A stretch of DNA of 58,540 nucleotides, the filler included, from Sphacelaria rigidula (lineage: Eukaryota): the NCBI GenBank assembly GCA_964200075.2. It is 6 parts of 6 records of this genome, joined end to end, with 100 filler letters (N's around TTAATTAATTAA, not from the genome) between each part and the next. Parts side by side here need not be neighbours in the genome. Positions count along the whole stretch, not along the records: positions 1 to 9,674 come from CAXNAA020007985.1; positions 9,775 to 19,448 come from CAXNAA020007986.1; 4 more parts are not named here. One strand, 5' to 3'. Below, in pieces: positions 1 through 10,778 of this stretch (position 1 is the first letter of the stretch; the number at the start of each line of letters is the position of its first letter). Position numbers and translations under genes: made by a program. The notes under the pieces were generated by a model. That model was given only the letters and a program-made list of their open reading frames with translations, was not told the origin of the DNA and ran no database searches.

Positions 1-74
1 GGATGAGATAAGGGGCCCCTAACAATTCTAATCTCAGAAATTATTTCTGTACCCCTACCGTAGCATCACTCAGA

Positions 75-1000
75 GGGTTAGCTCCTCTATTTCATGTCTG
101 TATCTGGGCTGTGTTATCGTCGGTGAATGAAAAAGGATGGTTAACTTTTCTTCTTTATGTCTATGTGTGGGCTGTTTAATGGTAGGTTAAAGAAAAAGGA
201 GGGTAAGCTCCTATACTTCGTGTTTATGTCCGGTCTGTGTTATGGTAGGTCAAATAAAAGGAGGATTGGCTTCTCATTTCGTGTGTATGTCCAGGCTGTT
301 TTATCGTCTGTTGAAGAAAAGGGAGGGTCAGCTTATTTATTTCATGTCTATGTCTGGGCCGTGTTATCGTCGGTTGAAGAAAAAGGAGGGTGAGCTTCTT
401 AATTTTATGTCTATGTCTGTCTGGGCTGTGTTATCGTCGGTCAAAGAAAAAGGAGGGTCAGCTTTATTATTTCACGTCTATATCTGGGCTGTCTTATCGT
501 CGATTAAAATATAAGGAGGGTGAGCTTCTGTATTTCATGTCTACGTCCGGGCTGTGTTAGCGTTGAAGAAAAAGGCGGGTTAGCTTGTTTATTTCATGTC
601 TTTTTCCGGGCTGTGTTACGGTTGGTTGAAGAAAAGAGGGGGGTTAGCTTCTCTATTCCATGTCCATGTCCGGGCTGTATTATGGTAGGTTGAAGAAAAA
701 GGAGGGATAGCTTCTCTACGTTATGTCTATGTCCGGGCTGTGTTATCGTCGGTTGAAGAAAAAGGAGGGTCAGCTCCTTAATTTCACGTCTCTATCCGGG
801 CTGTGTTATCGTTGGTTAAAGGAAAAGAAGGGTCAGCTTTATAATTTCATGTCTATGTCCGGGCTGTGTTACGGTAACTTAAATAAAAAGGGGGGTCAGC
901 TGCTCTATTTCATGTCTATGTCCGGGCTGTGTTATGACAGGGTTTAAAGAAGGGAGGGTTAGCTTATCTATTTCATGTATGTACCCGGGCTGTGTTGTTA
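75..1000 (+). repeat. Tandem satellite array, ~60-bp unit (about 15 diverged copies)
   Basis: Repeating unit approximates GGTTAGCTTCTCTATTTCATGTCTATGTCCGGGCTGTGTTATCGTCGGTTGAAGAAAAAGGAG. The ORFs here (MSMSGLCY... repeats) are just translations of the array. Confidence 0.95.
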
Positions 1001-1134
1001 GAGTTGGGAAAGTACAACCCCGAATAAGGCAGAAATGCAAAGGGAGAAAAGAAGGAAAATACTGCGAAGGAAGGAAAAACGAAATGGCGAATGAAGAAAG
1101 ACACTACCAGGGAAGGAAGAATAGAATGGGTAGT

Positions 1135-1235
1135 GAATGTATATGTACAGTCACAGTCCATACATTTGTCCAGGTTGTGGCAGCTTGTTTTATAGCGTCG
1201 TTGCCACTCGACGCAAACCCAAGATTCTAGAGGTG
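1135..1235 (+). mobile_element. Conserved 3' end of the satellite-bearing element: GC hairpin followed by CTAG (Helitron-like terminus)
   Basis: GCGTCG-ttgccact-CGACGC hairpin (~1195-1214), then aaacccaagattCTAG. A homologous reverse-complement copy at ~47200-47300 sits in the same position relative to the satellite. Confidence 0.5.
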
Positions 1236-1239
1236 AGGG

Positions 1240-2050
1240 GGGAACTCTGGGGGCAAATATATGTTTCCTACCAAAAAATCTTTGGTTCCCCGCTTCCCTG
1301 GTACGCTTATCAACATGCTCTCGTCGAAGGTCGTGTCTGTGATCACTTCTGTGATGTCACACAGGTATTCCTCGACCAAGAATCCTACTCCTCCCGCCCC
1401 CCTGTTCTCGGTGTTCTGTCCCTTCCGCCTTTTCCCTATCCATGTGTACTCTCCAACTTTGCATCCTACTACCGCCCTCTCTTCCTTCCATAAATCTTGC
1501 TTTCCCGCTGTATCTAGGTTGCCCTTCCTCACGTGTTCGACTATCTCCATCCGTTCGCGCTCCTCTGTGGTAAATCCACACACTTTCCACGATCCCGCTC
1601 TCAGCTTTCTTTTGGAATTACCCACTTTCCTCCTGCCCATTGTTCTCCCTCCGTCGTTTATCTCCATTTTCCCCATGCTGATTTTCTTCCCGTTTCCAGG
1701 TTGGTCTTTTTCTCTTTGCTGTGAGCCACTATTTCCCCTCCCTCTTTTCCTCCCCAGCATTTACTTGATCCTACTTCTCCTTTCCCCTGTGAACTACGAC
1801 GCCTTAGGGCTGCTGTTCCATTGGCAACGCATCCTCTCTATTCTACCCTGTTAACCCATGCCGGCACCTTACTAGTCTCTATCCTTTCCCACCTCTTGCT
1901 GACGCTCTGTTTTAGCTTGACTCGGAAGTGTTCTCCTTCCCTTTCTACTTTCCCTCGTGGCAAGCAGTGAAGTTCCACTTCATTATACTTATTTTCAAAC
2001 TCTATCCTTGTCATATCACTGGGTACTCCAAATTTCAGCACCATTAGTAC
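1240..2050 (-). mobile_element. Non-LTR retrotransposon (LINE) fragment: putative ORF1 C-terminal remnant plus AP-endonuclease N-terminus
   Basis: ORF 1227-1760(-) has APE motifs: KLRAGSWKVCG (cf. SWNVxG), LDTAGKQDLW (cf. LDxxxxQE), YTWIGKRR, GAGGVGFLV and NIYLPP. Truncated at ~1240. Confidence 0.85.
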
Positions 2051-2199
2051 CTCCGCTCCTTCTTAACTTCTCCGTCCGCCCTTCCTATCTTGATCTTTTT
2101 CGAGAGAGTATGTCCAGCTTACTCTTTTTGGCTATGGTGGGATTTATCAAGGTACTGGAATATCACGATCCTAGCACCTGTTGGGGGTCTGGTGTATTT

Positions 2200-3250
2200 T
2201 ATTTTTTTGCTGGCTCACCGACACTATAGAATGACTTCAACACAGGCTCATAGCCTGAAGCCAAGGTTGATACACTCGACAGAAGTACCCCACATTTTTG
2301 TCAGACGGTCTTCATGTCAAACCATCCAGGTATCCCACGATCGTACCGTGTATCTTCTCACCCACCGCTCTACTGGAATTCTCCAGGGAGTACATTTTCA
2401 GCGTGTAAGGTTCAAGGACGGCTTGCATAAGACCAGGTCTTACTCACACATCGTGACGTCCCGTACATCATCGCTTCTTCCCACTCCGTTTTCGCGTTTT
2501 CGGTTCACCATGGATAGCTCCTCCACTAAATGCTCCCGAGTAGACCTTCGCTGCCGAAGCTTGACCAACGGTTCCCCAACACTTCATACCGGGTTCTATC
2601 TTTGAAGACCTTCAAATATCTACGTACTGCTTGGTGCTTCTTCCCGTTAGTCACGTGGTCGGTCATTGGAAAGGTGTTTGTTCCATGAGTGCGGTAGGTC
2701 GTGACGTTTATGTCACACATTATCCCTTCATTAGACGCCAGTGCACCCAGTAGTGTCGGAAATTTCAGGAAACATGTCTGACCAGCTTTCCACTACCCAC
2801 CGGAAATCGGTAGACTTTCCCGCGTATCTCATCACGAGACCCCACCTTTATATGAATCTAACATGTCGGGGTGACCCTCTTCTATCTGTACTTGTTGTAT
2901 CTTCTGTATTTTCGATTTGCACGTAATATGGTTAACCTTCTCCCTATGACTTACATGTCTGGGTTTTCGCTTTTTTTACGCCTTACCTTTTTACGACATG
3001 GGGGGAACAAACTCGATTGTTTCCCGTTTTATGTGGAGAAATAGGAGTGGGTTTGGTTCATGTTGAGGCTGCATGATAGATAGAAAAAAAAATGGCTAGC
3101 TTCGTCATTTCATGCCCGTGTTCGAGCTGCATCATGATAGCTTGAAGTAAAAAATGATTAGATTCGTCATGACATGTCTATGTCCGAGCGGTGTTGTGTT
3201 TGTTCGTCTAACACCATGATTGGCCTCGTAATTGCATGTCTATGTAAGGA
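2200..3250. mobile_element. Internal part of the satellite-bearing element with degenerate satellite units
   Basis: 2580-3030 is the reverse-complement homologue of 48290-48767 (peptides INVTTYRTHGTNTFPMTDHVT vs INVKTYRTQETNTLPTADHMT). 3050-3250 carries degenerate 60-bp units. Confidence 0.7.
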
Positions 3251-3693
3251 GGGTGCGGGGGGGCGAGCGGAATATGTCTGAGAGCTGGTATTTCGTTCTC
3301 ATCCCTTCGGCTGTGCCTCTTCAGCCCAAAGAGAAACAACAGCTCGTTTGTGCGAGAAAGCAATCATAGTTATCATCTTCGATGTGCTCGTTACTGCACT
3401 TTTGGATTTTCCTGCCTTTTGGTCGGGTTTGCCTGAAAACGTCACCGTGATGATTCGCCAAATGCCACCCGTGCACGAGTGGCCCAGATAAGGGTGAGTG
3501 GTGCAATAGTCACGATCAGGCAACGGTTCGAAAACATCTCAATTTTGTCGTATCGGGCACAATGAAGAAGCGCCATAGCAAAATCAATAGCCAAGCGCGG
3601 GATATCATAGACCCTCAGCAGTTTTACACTACGGTGGTGACGTTCACTACTGCGCTCGATCGCACGCGCACACAATATTTTCCTGATTTGCAG

Positions 3694-3794
3694 ATCAGAA
3701 AAGAGACAAGAAAAGTTGGAGAGCAAGATCAAATGTGTGGCTGATGGCCTTAGGGACATCCGGAGATCAATGCTGCCGCGAGCTTCGCTCAAGC
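3694..3794 (+). CDS. Possible exon of an unidentified gene (SEKRQEKLESKIKCVADGLRDIRRSMLPRASLK)
   Basis: Acceptor ttttcctgatttgcAG, donor GTgagt and an open frame. No recognisable homology. Confidence 0.35.
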
Positions 3795-3959
3795 GTGAGT
3801 AAACGAGCACTTCGATGATTTTGGGTTGCGCTACTTTTGGATGATCTCAACAGAGTGCATTCATGCACATACCAAACTGGCAATCTAGAACTATGGTCCA
3901 TTGGGTGTTCACTGAACGTGCTTTTACGGCATTTCTGTAAGACCGTTTCCCAACATTTT

Positions 3960-4115
3960 CTTCTCCACTTAGGACCCCCAAATTTCGGTCATCATAATTC
4001 AAAATTGTATGGCGTGTAGTAGTTGTCAATCGCCACCAGCAGATGAAGGAATGTAACCATATACCGAAGAATTGGTGTGGATGCGAATATTTGAATATCC
4101 CGGGTTTTCATTCTC
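3960..4115 (+). mobile_element. Diverged single arm of the 4834-5275 foldback element
   Basis: ttaggacccccaaatttcggt...tatggcgtgtagtagttgtcaatcg...ttggtgtggatgcgaa aligns with 5097-5245. Confidence 0.75.
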
Positions 4116-4833
4116 GTTGTAAAGCTGCCATCCTCAATTTCAATGATCGGCTGTTTGCTCTGTGTATAGGTGTATGCGTATTGTAGCGCACGGCCTTTTC
4201 TCACACGAAGCAATGCTGTAGGGACTTGCCATACCGAGATTTGCTTCGCCGCTTTTACTTCTTAATTTCATTGCTTTCCTCTTTTGCCATTCTTCGCTAT
4301 TCCTCTTTCTTCCCTTCCTGCTTGGTTTCGCTAGTTTTTATCTTGTTCGTTTCGGCCTTTGTTTTTCATTGTCCTCTTCTGTTTGATGTGTGTGTTCGAA
4401 CATGTGTGTATTAATTGTCATCCTTCTTTTTCTTTCAGGGGCGTTCGTGTGTTAGTTACTTTGGGTACATCCATCATGGGACCACGGCTGGATCGCTCGG
4501 GAATAGATCCGGCAATGTGCGGCAAGTGTACTAATATCGGTCATTGGGCACCGGTCCCAGCGCACAGCCCAATAACAGATGGTACCCCTTCACAAATTCG
4601 TGTCGAGCCGGTCTAGAGCGACGGAATCAACTTTTTGATTGATTGACTCGTTGTGGTACATTCACTGATCCCGTGCGCATCGGGTTATGGTCACAAGACA
4701 GACACACGGAAGGCAGGTACACAGAAAATGCTTGCAACGTGCAACCCCACGATAGTCGGAGCCTACAACGAAGCAACCGACGAACATTGTCATTTGTAAA
4801 GAGGAAACGGAACAAGAGCAACAAACACGGGAT

Positions 4834-5275
4834 CTTACAAATCGGGGATGAATATTTTATTGGGAATGGACATTTTATTGGGGATGAGAAACCCGGAGGA
4901 TTAAAATCTTCGAATCCACACCAAATCGTCGAAATATTGTTCCACTTCTTCATCTACTGATAACTATTGATAACTGCTACACACCATAGGCATTTGGGTT
5001 TCGATCACTGAAATGTTGGGGTCCTAGGTGAAAAACCAATATCGGAACTATTTTGGCGTCCGTTCGGACTCCCGAAATTCTGCCAAACTGGTTTTTCACC
5101 TAGGACCCCAACATTTCGGTGATCGAAATCTAAACGTCTATGGCGTGTAGCAGTTGTCAATCGTTACCAGTAGGTGAAGAATTGGAACCATATTTCGACG
5201 ATTTGGTGTGAATACGAAGCTTTTAATTCTCCGAGTTTCTCATCCCCAATAAAAGTTACATCCCCAATTTGTAAG
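4834..5275. mobile_element. Foldback/MITE with ~200-bp inverted arms and a ~50-bp spacer
   Basis: Begins CTTACAAATCGGGGATG and ends CATCCCCAATTTGTAAG. Inner arms read aaatgttggggtcctaggtgaaaaacca / tggtttttcacctaggaccccaacattt. Confidence 0.9.
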
Positions 5276-5746
5276 AGGAAAGTAGGTAGAGCTCGTGAGG
5301 GTTCGCTTTGAGAAAAACACAATTACTGAAGGAAAAAATACAAAATCCTGCTATTGGGTCGGCCCACTGCTCTGCTACAGCCCAAATGCTTTCGAGTTTT
5401 GGAGCCTTGAGAAAAAGGTCCAACACTTCCCCCAAATCGGACAGGGTCAGGGGACGGAGTCATCATTTTTTTCATATATACCATACGAGAACGCGAAGAT
5501 GAAGGCTTATCGCGTACAGGATCACACAGTAGGACGCGCACAGGTCTACAGATAGCCCACCATCGCTAGAAGACAAGTTGCCGCGATCGAGGGCCTCTGG
5601 ATCTGTGTTGTGCGAACACCAACGATGTCAAACAATGTGTTCGTTCTCTTCCCACCCCAACCTGTGCAAATCGTGCACCAGTCGTGCTATGTGGTTGTGC
5701 AAAAACAGTCCATATTGCACCGAATTTCTTGACCAAAAGAAGTCAG

Positions 5747-5813
5747 GGCAACCACCTCACAAGTGCTCCAGGAGGGCCTATCATGAGGGATTTCCGGCAA
5801 TTTCTGGAGGGCG
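5747..5813 (+). CDS. Possible exon (GNHLTSAPGGPIMRDFRQFLEG)
   Basis: cAG...G/GTgcgt boundaries and an open frame. No homology recognised. Confidence 0.3.
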
Positions 5814-6957
5814 GTGCGTTTATTTTGTTCAGCGTTCGATTCCCTTGGATTAAGCAGTCCTTCAGCTGTTGGTGGTCATGGGCTATGTCTCGTTCATCCC
5901 AGGAGTACCTTCGCTGCGGGTGCCAGACCGGACCCAGTCATACCATCGAAAATCAACTTCGATTTCGACGTGGATTTCAATTGTATTTTGTTCGTTTCTT
6001 GGAGGACCTGCTGCGACGACACGACCATGAATGTCTTTCAACCTTATGACACTGCAGTAATGACGAAAATCATTCGAAAACGTGAATCAGAACACCATTC
6101 GGAGCTGTTATTGGCCGGCGACTCTTGATCGTATCTGAAAGAACTAGAGTTCGGTTTTCCAAGCACTGTGAACGGAAAATCCCAGTATTTGCGTCAAACC
6201 AAAACGCTTTACACCGTTCATCAGCTGCCCTTGTTCCGCCGCCACACGAACTATGTCCGGTTTTCCGAGCCTTGTTGAAACAAGATCCTGGCACTAACCT
6301 ATAATAGAAAGGATGAATGCGATGCATTGACGAGCGGCATTGAAAGCAATGGGGCGGAAACGACACAAATGGCGACCGGTAAATGTGCTCATACGTGTCA
6401 GTTAAAAATTTAGAGACTCGCATGATCTACAGTATCATGCATGTATACATGAAGAGGGTCATGGTATCTCCACATCACCAACGAGGGAGAAGCATTGACG
6501 AGTACAACAGTGCCGACGCGATCAGGCAAAAACCGTTATGGGTGGCCTTTCAAAAGTCTGCAATACCGATCGTCCCCAGGTCCGCAGAGATCTCTTTCAT
6601 ACTCCACCATGAACATGCCATTATGTATCGTATCCTATTTTTAAGCTTCGTGTTCATACTCGCGACACAGGTTTAACAAATGTTCAAGTTTTCAGGGACC
6701 CTACTGTGCGGAACATAGGCCTACCTTCGGGGCTTCACCTGAAAGATATCCCTGCTACGAGGAATATCCCGACATCCTACTAAACCTTCCGCACACGCAC
6801 ATCGATCGACATCCAACGCAACACGGCCAGGATGGTGTACAGTGATCATGCCTCTCTTGTGTGGTCCATTAAGTTGTCTGTCACCTGGTGAACGGGAGCG
6901 CCGCTTTCGTGAACAAGGGAAGATAAGAGCCCCGTGCCCCGTTCCAGGTCGCGTATG

Positions 6958-7205
6958 GACTCATGCCGAGATAGCCCCCCTACAAAACGTGCACCAGCAC
7001 CATCCAACGAACCGGGTACGATATCACTATTTCGGCTCGTTTGCACCAACTTCGCCAACATGGGAAGTGTGTAGCAATTCGAAATTAGCAATGACGCCCA
7101 AATCAGTCGCGCCGTGAAGCACGAAACCAGCTTCACCGGCAATTATAATCATCGCCTCCGTGCACGTTTTTGGCCGGTTTTGGGCGCGCTATCTCGACAG
7201 CAGTC
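6958..7205. mobile_element. MITE family A (TIR GACTxxTGCCGAGATAGC), 4-bp TSD TATG
   Basis: tatg|GACTCATGCCGAGATAGCCCCCC...GCTATCTCGACAGCAGTC|tatg. Homologous to the copies at 9542-9674 and 36431-36694. Confidence 0.9.
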
Positions 7206-7344
7206 TATGGTCACACCAATCCATCGACTCTGACTGCGCACGTCAGTCCGCAGGGTATGTGGAGTCGCCCGCCACGGTATCACTCGGAACGCGACTTGCG
7301 CAGCTCGATACGGCCAACCGCCGTAAAACTTGTCGGAACTCGAG

Positions 7345-8325
7345 ACAGAGGCTCCAATAGTCGCACCGACGGCGCCCGTGAGCGTGGACAAGGCGGTATT
7401 GTTGCAAACAGCGGGTGTCGATATCACACAGTAGCGATCGGGCGCAACACACGGCGAGCTAGCAACAAGGTACCACGCTGGTGCAGTAGCGCATCGGCTC
7501 ATTCCGAGTGCAGTAGGAACTTCACGTAGCCTGTCCTCAGCAACACCTGCCGGTGCACATATCGATCGGCCCCACTCGCACGTCGACCAGGTAGAGCAGC
7601 GCTTGNNNNNNNNNNNNNNNNNNNNNNNNNNNNNNNNNNNNNNNNNNNNNNNNNNNNNNNNNNNNNNNNNNNNNNNNNNNNNNNNNNNNNNNNNNNNNNN
7701 NNNNNNNNNNNNNNNNNNNNNNNNNNNNNNNNNNNNNNNNNNNNNNNNNNNNNNNNNNNNNNNNNNNNNNNNNNNNNNNNNNNNNNNNNNNNNNNNNNNN
7801 NNNNNNNNNNNNNNNNNNNNNNNNNNNNNNNNNNNNNNNNNNNNNNNNNNNNNNNNNNNNNNNNNNNNNNNNNNNNNNNNNNNNNNNNNNNNNNNNNNNN
7901 NNNNNNNNNNNNNNNNNNNNNNNNNNNNNNNNNNNNNNNNNNNNNNNNNNNNNNNNNNNNNNNNNNNNNNNNNNNNNNNNNNNNNNNNNNNNNNNNNNNN
8001 NNNNNNNNNNNNNNNNNNNNNNNNNNNNNNNNNNNNNNNNNNNNNNNNNNNNNNNNNNNNNNNNNNNNNNNNNNNNNNNNNNNNNNNNNNNNNNNNNNNA
8101 GAGGCTCCAATAGTCGCACCGACGGCGCCCGTGAGCGTGGACAAGGCGGTATTGTTGCAAACAGCGGGTGTCGATATCACACAGTAGCGATCGGGCGCAA
8201 CACACGGCGAGCTAGCAACAAGGTACCAAGCTGGTGCAGTAGCGCATCGGCTCATTCCGAGTGCAGTAGGAACTTCACGTAGCCTGTCCTCAGCAACACC
8301 TGCCGGTGCACATATCGGTCGGCCC
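7345..8325. repeat. ~225-bp near-identical direct repeat flanking an N gap (7606-8099)
   Basis: 7345-7573 matches 8100-8325 except for about two substitutions. Typical of contig-end overlap at a gap. Confidence 0.85.
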
Positions 8326-9094
8326 TTTAGATTTCCGACGAGTGTCTCGTTTCCCTGGTTGAGATGTAATGGGCGCATCGAATGTTTCTCATCCTGTCGT
8401 GGTGGAACTTCGCTCGCTCCACCATCTGCGAGTACGTGAGTCACATGTAGTTGAGAAAACTCAAACTTGTGCCGCCATCTCGCTGGCACCACCCTGCACG
8501 CATCTTTATTACTGCAGTTGAATACATGGGATAGAGGCAGCACAAGGGCCGATGCAGTGGAGTGTGGTAGGTACGGTTTGTAAGTCAACTGGAAAGCAAT
8601 ACTATATGTTTTTTTTTTATTGCAACGCTTGATAGGTATGATGAAGCGCAATGTTTGACGCAAGTTGATGCGAACACGCAGGGACCCGGCGACAGTTCGA
8701 TGCTGTCAGCCGCATACTCTCTCTGCACGTACAAGATGCCCGCAGTTCGAAGTCTCACATTCCAGCTTGGTGTTGTATTCGAGGTCGCTGCAGGCCTTAC
8801 ACGGGGTGGGAAAGAGTCCAACACCGTTGCACCTACCGGTGCAACCTGCAGACTTTGCTATCTCTAGCGCGTGCAGGCGCACGTCGCCGTCGGCGCACGA
8901 AACCGACCACGACTGGGTTAGATCCCGGTTGCATAGATCGTAAAGGGATCGTTGTCCATGATCCTGAAGTCGGCGTCTCCTGCATGTGTGCCTTCCACGC
9001 GGTAACGATACCCTGGGCATCGGACCTCAGCACTTGCCATTGAACAAACTGTAACATCCGAATCAGGTGAGGTTTCAGGAAACGAAAATATATC

Positions 9095-9250
9095 CCCCTC
9101 CTCGTCCTCCTCGTCCTCCTCGTCCTCCTCCTCGTCCTTCTCCTCGTCGTCCTCCTCCTCCTCTTCCTCCTCTTTCTCTTCCTGCTGTACAGCGCCCAAC
9201 AGTTCTACATCCCCCTCCCCCCCTCCCTCCCCCTCATCATCGTCATCCAT
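9095..9250. repeat. (TCC/TCG)n microsatellite; poly-Glu/Asp on the minus strand
   Basis: cctcgtcctcctcgtcctcctcgtcc... run. Confidence 0.9.
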
Positions 9251-9541
9251 GAGCACAACTGCACGCGATGCTCCGGGCGCTCCGGGCGCTCCGGCAGGCG
9301 CGCCTGTGTCTGCCCCCCCCTTCTTGAACCGCCGAAGAGTCATCCTACGATAGGGGGGGTATGTGGTTGGATGAAAAAAGAGGCTTATAAATGTGTCAGA
9401 CGATCTGCCGCACTCGCCGTGCGCTTGTACTTGGTTCATAACTATGTCCATCGGTATGATTGAGCTTTACTCATCTATAGCAAGCTCGTTCGAGTCACCG
9501 TAGCTGCTTTCCACGACAACTTGACTCGAAATTTCGTGTAT

Positions 9542-9674
9542 GACTCATGCCGAGATAGCCCCCCCACAAAACGTGCATATGAGACTGTGCGACAAAACGG
9601 CTGCGATCCCATTATAGGGCTCGTTTCCAGCAATTTCGCCCACATGAGAGGCGTGGAGCAGTTCGAAATTAGCT
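9542..9674. mobile_element. MITE family A copy, truncated by the segment end
   Basis: GACTCATGCCGAGATAGCCCCCCCACAAAACGTGCA..., with internal sequence matching 36431-36570. Confidence 0.85.
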
Positions 9675-9774
9675 NNNNNNNNNNNNNNNNNNNNNNNNNN
9701 NNNNNNNNNNNNNNNNNNTTAATTAATTAANNNNNNNNNNNNNNNNNNNNNNNNNNNNNNNNNNNNNNNNNNNN
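9675..9774. other. Artificial 100-nt spacer N44-TTAATTAATTAA-N44 (also 19449-19548, 29222-29321, 38995-39094, 48768-48867)
   Basis: Identical six-frame-stop linker at a near-constant 9773/9774-nt period. Confidence 0.97.
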
Positions 9775-10778
9775 CACCGCTATAGCCTTGAAAAAAATCC
9801 CGCTGTATCATCCTCTTCGTCTGTTATTTGCGGTCAGTATGATACCATGTATGCGACTATTGGGTGCGTATTGCAGAAGGCATTTGCTGATGACACATTT
9901 TTTTTTTCCCGTGAACCAGCCTATATTGTATTCCGTTGCTCCGCGCGTACGTCCCTGCCATGAAGCAGACGCTCCTGAATCTACGAAAGTAAATCAACAT
10001 TAGTTTGAAACCTGATGCTCAATGTCTATATCGCGAACATTGTTGCGCGATCACCTTCACATCAATCTTGGGCAGTCTTCATTTTTCTTGCATCATGCTT
10101 AACTTAAGTAAACGTCCCCAGTCAACGGTCTCCCGGGAGAAAGAATAAAAAATTCTGGACACGTAGGCCCCCAGTCGAATTTTTGAATTTTTGAGGGGGG
10201 GAGGGGGGCGGGGTCACAGCCTGTTATCTCCTGGTTTAAACCCGAGGCGTTGGCGGATGTGGTCTGCTGTTGTGTACACCCGTGCGCATGAGCAAGCGGA
10301 GCAGACCGATTCAGGTCAACGTTCGCCACATAAATCACTGGCCATAGTTACATTGATGGGATCATGTTCCGTGTCGAGTGCCCCGAGTACTTGCCAGCAG
10401 CCCAGGCAAGTCTGGCAACGCGTGAGATAAAGCTGCTACTTTGGCAACAGGCTGTCGCTACCGTGCGCTCGTGTGCGTACGTTTGTGTGAGCGTGACCGG
10501 CACCCGAGGTCATCGGGACAGGGCGGGCAAGTAACGGAAGCAAATATGCGGACGTCGCACAGCCACCACGCTGTTCGGCTTTTGTCAGTGTCCCTTGATC
10601 AAGTTCTTCAACAACATATAACAAAAAATCAAAAAAATCATGACGATTTTCGAGGAATGGCCCTCCAGGACGGGGAGGGGGGGAGGGAAACTACGTGCTC
10701 AGAATTCTTCTCGCGGCGGACCCCTGCCACGGTACTCAAGAACGCTATTTTTTGCCCGTAAATTGTTGTCGATCGAAG

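Noticed and set aside
75..1000. CRISPR-like array or repeat-protein ORFs
   Set aside because: Units are homologous along their whole length with no unique spacers. There are no cas genes and the context is eukaryotic; this is a satellite.
7149..8663. 504-aa ORF with an internal duplication
   Set aside because: It reads through an N gap, and the duplication looks like contig-end overlap.
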